DNA of 15,104 nt from Oligoflexales bacterium (GTDB lineage: Bacteria > Bdellovibrionota_B > Oligoflexia > Oligoflexales > CAIYRB01), in NCBI GenBank assembly GCA_041736175.1, contig JBGSUI010000114.1, positions 1 through 15,104 on the forward strand, in the 5' to 3' direction. Positions 8,059 through 15,104 of this stretch are shown here, in pieces. Within the stretch, counting starts at the first letter, position 1. Each line of letters begins with the position of its first letter. The position numbers were made by a program, and so were the translations under genes. The notes beneath the pieces were generated by a model. The model saw nothing but the letters and a program-made list of their open reading frames with translations. It had not been told where the DNA came from and made no database searches.

Positions 8059-9753
8059 ATGAAACCTAAGCGAATGTTTTTGTCGGTATACCTAGCTTTG
8101 ACGATAATCTCAGCGTGCAAGACAGGTGGAGGGCAAAATGATACTTCAGGTTTGCAGCATGCGGCAGACTGTACTGTTCCAAAAACAATGGAGTCGCTAG
8201 CAAGGTCCTGCGGTAACGGAAGGTGTGAAGTTGACAAGTCTGAATCTGCGGCAAACTGCCCTAGGGATTGTATTGACAAGAACAAAAGGATCGCATCAGT
8301 TTATGCGGAGGCACATATTTGTCCCTCAGAAACAACCGTCCATACACCCGCAACACCCGATGAGATCGCCTCTATAGTCAAGAAATCCGGGCAAAACGGC
8401 AGGAAAATCAAAGTTATAGGCACCCGTCACGCCTCTTCCGATATCCAGTGTACCTCGGCGAATGGTGAAACTATTGTGATGGAAAAGTTTGGTAAATCAA
8501 TGAGAATCGAAAAATTTCAAGATGCTGACAGCGTGCTTGTCGAGACAGGGGCCACCATGTCAGAAATCGCTCATTTTCTGGAGCAAAAAGGTTATGCTCT
8601 TCCTCCTCGGGTACCGGGAGTTGGGAGCATCAATATAGGCGGCTTTGTGGCCGTTGGTGCACATGGTAGCAACCTTAAGGATTCTGCCTCAATTTCCTCC
8701 TCTGTTTTAGAACTTGAGCTTGTGGTGGCAGATGGAACCATTAAGCGGTTTGATAAGACAAACACCAGTGTGGATCAGTGGAAAGCCTTAAGGTCAAGCC
8801 TTGGTCTCTTAGGTATCATGACGAAGATTCGATTGGAGATACGAAAGTCCTATCATATGCAGATGGAAATTCGCGAGTTTCCTGAGTCTATCTTAAGTCA
8901 AGGCCCAGACAAGTTTTATAAGGCCTTAAATGGGTGTGAGTTTGCATTTTCTCACTATGTGAGGCTTCAAAAGAAGTTTTATGTAACCTGTGGATGGGAA
9001 TCAAAAAAGCCATTAACTCACCCCGATCTTGAAAACACCCTATTTAAACCACATCTTGCGAACGTCAATATCGATCTCACCGCAACGACAAATTACCTGC
9101 TCCAAAAAGCTGCATGCAACGAAAGCAGCGCTGAGTTTTTGGAAAAAACGATCTCTTCGACCCGAGCCAGAAATCCTTGGATTCAGTACAAGGGAACCGA
9201 TGGCAAGGTTCAGTCCCTTACAGAGGGTGTTGGCCTTTGGCACCGCATGATGACGACTCTTCTCGAAGGGAACTATCGTTTGACGTTTTCGACGATGGAT
9301 TGGGAAGTGGCCGTACCAAAAAGCCAGTGGCTTAATGCTAGCCAGGATATGCTTAATTTTATAACTAAACACAATATCATCCTCCCGACGATTGGAGTGG
9401 TCTCCAGATTTGACCGGGTCAATGGAGACTCACTCTTTGCACCCTCGGCGGCCGATGAGCATTTTGCTCTCAATGAGCCTCTGGTTTTACTAGAAATGCC
9501 CGTATTTGTTCCCTTTGGCCTTTCCGCCGAGCAACTTGAAAAATACATATTGCCCTACAGGACCTTTTTTCTATCTCTTATCGAAAAATACCAGGCAAGA
9601 CCACATATTGGTAAAAACGATAATTCCCTACTGCTCTCGGATGTTGTTAAAAAGCGTCTTTCTTCCAGCATCAAAAGATTTTCAAAAGTTCGAGCAACTA
9701 TGGACCCCAAAGGGATCTTTAACAATCAATTTGCGGAGAACATGGGTCTTTGA
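8059..9753 (+). CDS. Lipoprotein FAD-linked oxidase, L-gulonolactone/D-arabinonolactone oxidase (VAO/PCMH) family
   Basis: TIISA-C lipobox, KIKVIGTRHAS (His at the covalent-FAD position), IGGFVAVGAHG, SLGLLGIMT, ARPHIGKN, MDPKGIFNN. Confidence 0.9.
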   Translation: MKPKRMFLSVYLALTIISACKTGGGQNDTSGLQHAADCTVPKTMESLARSCGNGRCEVDKSESAANCPRDCIDKNKRIASVYAEAHICPSETTVHTPATPDEIASIVKKSGQNGRKIKVIGTRHASSDIQCTSANGETIVMEKFGKSMRIEKFQDADSVLVETGATMSEIAHFLEQKGYALPPRVPGVGSINIGGFVAVGAHGSNLKDSASISSSVLELELVVADGTIKRFDKTNTSVDQWKALRSSLGLLGIMTKIRLEIRKSYHMQMEIREFPESILSQGPDKFYKALNGCEFAFSHYVRLQKKFYVTCGWESKKPLTHPDLENTLFKPHLANVNIDLTATTNYLLQKAACNESSAEFLEKTISSTRARNPWIQYKGTDGKVQSLTEGVGLWHRMMTTLLEGNYRLTFSTMDWEVAVPKSQWLNASQDMLNFITKHNIILPTIGVVSRFDRVNGDSLFAPSAADEHFALNEPLVLLEMPVFVPFGLSAEQLEKYILPYRTFFLSLIEKYQARPHIGKNDNSLLLSDVVKKRLSSSIKRFSKVRATMDPKGIFNNQFAENMGL

Positions 9754-9766
9754 GGGAGTGAATGAG

Positions 9767-9790
9767 GAGCTAGGAATTAGCTCTTTCGTT
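9767..9790 (+). terminator. Possible intrinsic terminator after the oxidase gene
   Basis: GAGCTA-GGAAT-TAGCTC hairpin followed by TTTCGTT between convergent genes. Confidence 0.45.
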
Positions 9791-9827
9791 ATTGATGAGC
9801 TGGCACCTAGCTTATGGTGCATGGTAT

Positions 9828-11456
9828 CTATTGCTGCTGGGTATCCCACCCCAGATTATACATCTCAGTCTGGCTATCAGTGCGGGCGGCATCAAAGGTG
9901 ATTTCTCCTTTTTGCGCGGCTTCGACTCCTTGAAAAAAGGCTTCAGCATCTTGCTCCATGACAACCTTTTCATTTGCTGCATGCCCAGCTTGATACACCT
10001 CCCGCTGCGCGTCGGTGTAACTTGCTGAATCTGAAATCTGGTTTTTTGAAGAATCTGAGACCCCATCATAAAAAGCTTGAGCTTCAACAGCGAGGTCCCT
10101 GCTTGCAGGTGTGGGATTGTTGGTTTTATCGACAGACTGCTGGGCAACCGTCGCCGCAGGTACACTTGTTGTCCCACTAGTGGTGGTCGGAGTCGTGGTG
10201 GTCGAGCTTGTAGTAGTCGTCGGCGTTACAGTAGGCCGTGGTGTCGTGCTGACAGCCGGCACTGCAGGACGTGCGGCCGTATTGAAGATCCCTGAGGTCC
10301 CAAAGTTGACTTTGTTGGCGGGTTGGATCACCGCGGGCGGAGTTCCAAGGGGACGGTTGTTCAAAAGGGATATGGGCGACCCAGTCCCAGTTTTGATTTG
10401 TGGAAACAAACCTCCAAATTGAGTCACATTTCCTTGGCGTAAGTTCGTCATAAGCCCAAATAGAGAGTTGGAAGTCTGGGGAGTGGTTTGGATAGCATTA
10501 GCACCGCCAAAAATCAGATTAAAAAAAATAGCACGGTAGGAACTTTCGCCCACATACCCTGGCTGATCTCGGCGCATCCACTGGACGTCTTCTGCGAGGA
10601 GCCCACTGGTTGCGGGTTTCTCGACCCCAGGTATCTGGGCCCCATGATAGACAGCTAGGGCCATCAATCGACGTGACGACGGACTGGTCATATCGACATA
10701 CAGGTTACGGATGGCACCTGCTTGCTGCAGATTGAGATCACCTTCTCCGTTAAGCGGGAGAAGCTGTCCCTCTTGATCTAGGGCACCGACCGCCGCACAG
10801 ATGCCCACGATTTTTTTGGTCCCACTTAAAAAGAGTGGAGATCCAGAATCACCGCTCGCTGCAACAGCTCCACCGATGGGCTGACCATCACTCCCAAGCT
10901 CTGCCTCAATGGTGATCAATCCTTGTTTCACAGCAGCAATCTGATTGGAGCCAAAATTTTTCTGTCCTAAAGTCCCGTCCCCGTTCGTCTCGACCGGACG
11001 GCCAAACTTCGTCGCGCCAAATCCAACCAAATCCACTGAAGTTGCTGCTGATGGAGTTTCTAATTCCACCTGAGCATAGGGCGCTTTAAAAGTACCTTGG
11101 GGAAAAACCGCAACTGCCAAATCCCGTGCAGCCTCTTGGGGGGTTAGGTATTTACGGTTGATGATACGGTTCCAAAGGTAAATACCGACAGTATCAACCT
11201 GAGTCCCGGATGCCCGGATTCCCAGATGCAAGGTGCCATCTTTAATACAATGGGCTGCTAGAAGCACTGTCGAATCACTCACCACAACCCCAGTACAAGT
11301 TTCAAGGCCAGATTTATCTGTCAGCATCATCTGCACTTCCGGAAAATCTTGGGTGGCTTGGCCGCCGACAATCTTTGTTTGAGAATCGCTTCCACCAAGG
11401 GTGCATGCTCCAACGATTGCCAAGGATAGCACAGCGAAAAAACTTAAAAATCGCAT
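9828..11456 (-). CDS. Lipoprotein trypsin-like (S1) serine protease with intact triad, Thr/Pro-rich linker and two C-terminal 45-aa repeats
   Basis: GGAGG 7 nt before ATG 11456, AIVGA-C lipobox, K-IVGG, LLAAHC, DLAVA, GDSGSP. Confidence 0.9.
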   Translation of the reverse strand: MRFLSFFAVLSLAIVGACTLGGSDSQTKIVGGQATQDFPEVQMMLTDKSGLETCTGVVVSDSTVLLAAHCIKDGTLHLGIRASGTQVDTVGIYLWNRIINRKYLTPQEAARDLAVAVFPQGTFKAPYAQVELETPSAATSVDLVGFGATKFGRPVETNGDGTLGQKNFGSNQIAAVKQGLITIEAELGSDGQPIGGAVAASGDSGSPLFLSGTKKIVGICAAVGALDQEGQLLPLNGEGDLNLQQAGAIRNLYVDMTSPSSRRLMALAVYHGAQIPGVEKPATSGLLAEDVQWMRRDQPGYVGESSYRAIFFNLIFGGANAIQTTPQTSNSLFGLMTNLRQGNVTQFGGLFPQIKTGTGSPISLLNNRPLGTPPAVIQPANKVNFGTSGIFNTAARPAVPAVSTTPRPTVTPTTTTSSTTTTPTTTSGTTSVPAATVAQQSVDKTNNPTPASRDLAVEAQAFYDGVSDSSKNQISDSASYTDAQREVYQAGHAANEKVVMEQDAEAFFQGVEAAQKGEITFDAARTDSQTEMYNLGWDTQQQ

Positions 11457-11600
11457 AGAATCGCCTCCAGATTTAAAATGACTTATACTAATAAGCCTGC
11501 AAAAAGCGTACATCGAAGGCCAAAATTTTTCTTTCATACATGTCGATACCTTAGCCACTCATCTTTTTTATTGGCATGTCTAAAGAATAAACACTTTTTT

Positions 11601-11700
11601 ATAGATTACCCCGCTCTAAAGGGCGGAGCTTGCTGGATGAGATTCCGACAAGCTCCTATTTTGACCCGGTTAAGCAAGATAAGCTCCGTTAAAAAGGAGC
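11601..11700 (+). mobile_element. Orphan IS200/IS605 end / truncated HEARO-omegaRNA-like (IscB-associated) structured element
   Basis: TACCCCGCTCTAAAGGGCGGAGCTTG...CAAGCTCC...TTGACCCGGTTAAGC...GCTCCGTT follows the order of motifs I recall for omegaRNA/HEARO 5' regions (TACCCC-hairpin with TAAA loop-GCTTG...TTGACCAG.CTAAG...GCTACGTT). Stems at 11611-11626 and 11625-11656. No tnpA, iscB or tnpB ORF is present. Confidence 0.7.
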
Positions 11701-11709
11701 ATTTTTTTT
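11683..11709 (+). terminator. Intrinsic terminator-like hairpin with T8 tail
   Basis: GCTCC-GTTAAAAA-GGAGC-ATTTTTTTT. On the minus strand the same stem is followed only by TTATCTT. Confidence 0.5.
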
Positions 11710-11756
11710 GAACTCTGTTAGAGACCAATCCATAGCCACTCCAGATCGATCACAGA

Positions 11757-12830
11757 TTAGTAGTCTTTTTCCATCACTGTCAGCTCGGAACATTGGACCT
11801 CCACACGATCTACCGCGGCGCCAGTAATCAAAGGAAAAAAAGTTAAGCCTACGCCACCAAACGAAACACTCGTCAGTGAAGCACTGTTTCCACAAATTTC
11901 CAGTTTCTCCCTTGAGCATCCACCACCCGCCGCTCCAAAGCCAAAAAGCCCACCGATACTCATTTTCTTTGCCTTGATGGTCCCATTCGAGCCCGCCACG
12001 AGACTATTGCGTTCGTACAGTGCACCATAAAGGCCCAATACCTTGCCTGAGGAAAAGTCTGACCCTTTTGGGAACTCAAAGGTTGATTTGCACTGTATTT
12101 GTACATTTTGCGGAATTTTCCACCTTCCATAAAAATAAAAAGTCGGGCTTCTGGGCTGCTCATCGTTGTGTGAAATCGAAGCGTTTAGCAAATCCCCATT
12201 TTCGTCATATTTTGTCTCGACCCAGCACGCCTTGTTGTTATTCCCCTTCCCTCTATATTTAATTCTTTTAGGCTTAAATACTGAATCAATATCAATCTGC
12301 CCTAAACCGTTGCGGGGGACAAATTTTTCGCCTAGCTTGGCCAAGCTATTGGCCAACTTCAAAATGTCCAGATGTCGTGCCTCTATGGCAGCCTTCGATA
12401 AAAGACCAAAAGCCTTCAAGGCCAATATAGGCCCATGGTTCGGCTCTTGGGTAAAAGCCACTCTTAATGAGGTTTCGCTATTTAAAAACAGATGAAGAGG
12501 AGGTGACTCATCTCCCCATTCGACGATGATATCGGGACCCGATCTGTTGAAAATTTGGTATTTCTTAAAAATAAACGTCACCATTTCACTATCAGTGCTG
12601 CCATAGCGGTATTCATAGGGCCAATATGTCGCCTCAGGATCGTTCATATTTCCGTGTTTAGCTGCGGCTTCATCCATAAGATCCTCAATCTCGTCCGAGA
12701 TTTCCATTAGCGTTTGACTGTCATTTTTAAGGACTGATTCATTGCTTTTAGGAGTTTTAATACACCCCCAAGTCAGGAGCACCAAGCATACGAAGATCTT
12801 TAAACGATATTTCTCTACAAGTTTGTTCAT
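11757..12830 (-). CDS. Hypothetical lipoprotein with a Gly-rich beta-type C-terminal region
   Basis: MNKLVEKYRLKIFVCLVLLTWG-C signal. Start at 12830 is preferred because a sigma54 promoter lies within the longer ORF extension. Confidence 0.75.
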   Translation of the reverse strand: MNKLVEKYRLKIFVCLVLLTWGCIKTPKSNESVLKNDSQTLMEISDEIEDLMDEAAAKHGNMNDPEATYWPYEYRYGSTDSEMVTFIFKKYQIFNRSGPDIIVEWGDESPPLHLFLNSETSLRVAFTQEPNHGPILALKAFGLLSKAAIEARHLDILKLANSLAKLGEKFVPRNGLGQIDIDSVFKPKRIKYRGKGNNNKACWVETKYDENGDLLNASISHNDEQPRSPTFYFYGRWKIPQNVQIQCKSTFEFPKGSDFSSGKVLGLYGALYERNSLVAGSNGTIKAKKMSIGGLFGFGAAGGGCSREKLEICGNSASLTSVSFGGVGLTFFPLITGAAVDRVEVQCSELTVMEKDY

Positions 12831-12880
12831 ATATTCGATCCTCGATATGATTTCAAATTCGGCCCTACTGCCGAGGTCCA

Positions 12881-12896
12881 TGCATTTTTTGTGCCA
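12881..12896 (-). promoter_or_regulatory. sigma54 -24/-12 promoter
   Basis: Minus strand reads TGGCACAAAAAATGCA (GG-N10-GC), 50 nt upstream of ATG 12830. Confidence 0.8.
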
Positions 12897-13033
12897 ACAA
12901 GCAGGATCTTGCCCCTTCTCGACTAAGCCACTCAGTGAAAGCAAGGATAGGACCACCAGACTAAAGTTCTGGCTTTTTTCAAAACAAGAAATATTCAACT
13001 AGGAAGATCAACTCTTATCGGGTGGTTGGGGCG

Positions 13034-14005
13034 TTAGCCCTGTCCACCCTGGGTGTCTGGAAGTTGGATGCCATTTGAAGTCAGTTTTAACTTCAGACGG
13101 GATTGGTATTGTTTGGCCATACTATCAAATCTTTCGACAGCGAATTCCGACCTCTGCATAAGTACATAGGCCTGGAACTCTTGAAGGAGGAGGTAGGATG
13201 GTGCCTCAGGATCGTCTGCCGCGACATCATAGGCACCTATACCAGAGAGGTCAGAAATAATGTCTCTTCTCTCGGCGATGGTCAGGTCTTTCAACCAAAA
13301 CTCCGTAACCAGCTGTTGCATTTTGGGATTAGAGTAGTAAAGCGCGTGGAGGACCTCGTGGTTGATCGCTTCAGTGCTACCAAGGGTCACAGCAAGCAGA
13401 TAGAGATTCGGCACGGAGCCGACCTTTTTTTGCAGGTACTCGGACCAGAAGATACGCTCAAGGCCGAGACTGTTGCCTAGTTCGTCAAACCTTTCGGGTT
13501 GGGCTAGAGGTGGCACCTCCTGATCGAAGCCGCCTTTTACTGTGCTATAGGCTGCGGCAAAGTCCCTCAGATCTTTGCCAGATAGGTTGTGGCCTTGGAC
13601 GTTCTGTCGCAAGTTGAGTAATTGAAGACTCCTATGGTCGACCAACTCTTTGGCCTCAACCCATTGACTCGCCCGGTTAAGGGCGAAGTTCATCCCGTTT
13701 GCAGTCGTGAATATGCAGAGATGTGTTCCCGGTATCGTGACCGTCTGGCCGCAGGCGACATAGGGAGGAGGAGTTTCAGATATGGAAAGGCCTGGGCGAA
13801 GCCTCTTAGGCATCTTATCTCGAACCTTTTCGCGCAATTTTTCGATTAATGTGTTGAGCGGAACGGCCTCTGGCTCTTCATAGATCTCAAGAAAGCCGAC
13901 CTGCTCAGGCATAGATAATTGCATAGATGAATCTTCATTGACGCAAGCAGGAAACAAAATGGCTAGTCCACTCAACCCAATAATCTTACAAAGAGTTATC
14001 TGCAT
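13034..14005 (-). CDS. Lipoprotein with zinc metallopeptidase-like HEXXH motif
   Basis: ILFPA-C lipobox, AINHEVLHALYY and a downstream QEFQAY helix that could supply a third Glu ligand (gluzincin-like). Confidence 0.7.
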   Translation of the reverse strand: MQITLCKIIGLSGLAILFPACVNEDSSMQLSMPEQVGFLEIYEEPEAVPLNTLIEKLREKVRDKMPKRLRPGLSISETPPPYVACGQTVTIPGTHLCIFTTANGMNFALNRASQWVEAKELVDHRSLQLLNLRQNVQGHNLSGKDLRDFAAAYSTVKGGFDQEVPPLAQPERFDELGNSLGLERIFWSEYLQKKVGSVPNLYLLAVTLGSTEAINHEVLHALYYSNPKMQQLVTEFWLKDLTIAERRDIISDLSGIGAYDVAADDPEAPSYLLLQEFQAYVLMQRSEFAVERFDSMAKQYQSRLKLKLTSNGIQLPDTQGGQG

Positions 14006-14078
14006 GATAGAAACCTTTCAATCATTTAGCCGCTAGAATTTTCAAGACTCTAGTAAATCTCCACGACTTCTGGTCTCA

Positions 14079-14094
14079 AGCAATAAGTGGGCCA
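14079..14094 (-). promoter_or_regulatory. sigma54 -24/-12 promoter
   Basis: Minus strand reads TGGCCCACTTATTGCT (GG-N10-GC), about 73 nt upstream of ATG 14005. Confidence 0.75.
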
Positions 14095-14298
14095 AAATGA
14101 AGTCCAAATGAGTTTCCAAATTCACATTATTTTCCGGGAATTACTTGCATTAGGGGGGCTAGTCAAAAAGGATCGATTGACTAATCATTAAACACCATAT
14201 AATTCGACTAATGGATTCCCTCATCCTCGATCTAGCGGATTAGGGGGATCTTTCCTGCCGGAAAGCCAGAAAGATCGTTAACAAACTGCTGTTCCCCA

Positions 14299-14314
14299 TG
14301 GAGTGACTCTTGCT
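14299..14314 (+). promoter_or_regulatory. Weaker candidate sigma54 promoter
   Basis: TGGAGTGACTCTTGCT: GG-N10-GC with TTGCT, but TGGA instead of TGGC. About 66 nt upstream of ATG 14381. Confidence 0.45.
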
Positions 14315-14380
14315 AGAGAAATTGCGGGTTTGTGCTTAATGTTTAAGCATAACAACTATTATTAATAACTAAAGGATCTT

Positions 14381-15001
14381 ATGATGAAAAAAAAATTGAC
14401 GTGTTCGTTTGCGCTGGCTGGAGTCGCAGTTATTCTTGTAAGTTGTAATAACGCTTCAACAAAGGAGACATCAGAACTTCGAGACACTTCGACGGCGCCT
14501 GGTATCTTTAAGGATCGAATCTTAAAACAACAGAGCTACGCAAAATGGAGTGGAGTGGGCTACTACTATCCATACGAACAAGGCAAATCGCAGAATGATG
14601 GTTCCTTTACACCGGATTCTGTGAAAAATGTTACTTGTTCCGTCGAGTTTACGGATGTTTCCAATAGCAGCTCATCTAATTCAGGCCCCGGCATCCATAT
14701 GGTCGTTACTGCCGATAAGGAAAAGGTAGAGACGACTTTTGATGAATCCACTCTACAAAATTTGGATAGCCTTTTTGGTTCTAACGTAAAATTTATCAAC
14801 AACAAATCGCCACAAAGTATTGAAAAGCAATTAGCCACCAAAATCGATCCCAATTTGAAAAATTGCCGGGATGTTGTCAATTCGACTTCAACCACTTTCG
14901 ATGGCACTAAAAACGATTGGGTTTCTGTCCATAGATTGGTCGAGTGTTATGATTTAGATTCAACAGAAGTTTCCACAAAAATAACCGCATTTTTGACGTA
15001 A
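14381..15001 (+). CDS. Hypothetical lipoprotein
   Basis: AAGGA RBS, MMKKK + hydrophobic stretch + ILVS-C lipobox. No family motif recognised. Confidence 0.8.
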   Translation: MMKKKLTCSFALAGVAVILVSCNNASTKETSELRDTSTAPGIFKDRILKQQSYAKWSGVGYYYPYEQGKSQNDGSFTPDSVKNVTCSVEFTDVSNSSSSNSGPGIHMVVTADKEKVETTFDESTLQNLDSLFGSNVKFINNKSPQSIEKQLATKIDPNLKNCRDVVNSTSTTFDGTKNDWVSVHRLVECYDLDSTEVSTKITAFLT

Positions 15002-15002
15002 C

Positions 15003-15104
15003 TTACGAAGCTTTATCGATATTTTGCGTCCTTCGATCCTCCGCTGGCTTTTTTCTCGAGTTTGTTTCTGAATTACGCCTTCGAAAGGCTTCCAAATACG
15101 TCGG
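15003..15104 (-). CDS. Probable 3' end of a convergent gene entering from the window edge
   Basis: Open frame PTYLEAFRRRNSETNSRKKPAEDRRTQNIDKAS* with its stop abutting the stop of the 14381-15001 gene. Confidence 0.4.
   Translation of the reverse strand, partial: PTYLEAFRRRNSETNSRKKPAEDRRTQNIDKAS

Noticed and set aside
10150..10270. GTCGTG/GTAGTC-like repeats
   Set aside because: These are simply codons of the Thr-rich linker. There is no repeat-spacer structure, so it is not a CRISPR array.
11457..11558. Longer N-terminal extensions in the ORF track (also 752-823, 5989-6030, 12831-12998)
   Set aside because: Downstream starts have a better RBS or put the signal peptide at the N-terminus. 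One extension contains a sigma54 promoter.
11478..11919. Small ORFs overlapping the IS200/IS605-like element as possible tnpA/iscB remnants
   Set aside because: No HUH, PLMP, RuvC or HNH motifs in the listed translations.
14240..14290. GAAA-containing hairpins suggesting a c-di-GMP riboswitch
   Set aside because: The GGCAAAC/GACGCAAA signature and two-stem architecture are not found.

Overview
Bacterial window with two parts. Bases 1-4364 (+ strand, visibly more GC-rich) hold a partial BrnT/BrnA-like toxin-antitoxin pair and a translationally coupled three-gene operon: a COG2907-like FAD oxidoreductase, a SAM methyltransferase and an HI0933/BaiN flavoprotein. Bases 4369-15001 hold seven consecutive predicted lipoproteins: a fusion of a Tpt1-like ADP-ribosyltransferase (ART) fold with a degenerate LepB/HipA-like kinase domain, a trypsin-like pseudoprotease (Ser to Ala), a gulonolactone-oxidase-like FAD oxidase, a paralogous trypsin with an intact triad and a 45-aa tandem repeat tail, an HEXXH metallopeptidase-like protein and two orphans. 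Three of these genes (possibly four) have a sigma54 -24/-12 promoter, and most share a short S/T-x-L/V-K/R/Q motif after the lipobox. An orphan fragment resembling the 5' part of an IscB omegaRNA/HEARO (IS200/IS605 end) lies at about 11601-11709. The style suggests a predatory Bdellovibrionota/Oligoflexia-like organism, which is inference only. All family calls come from motif recognition by eye, not database searches.
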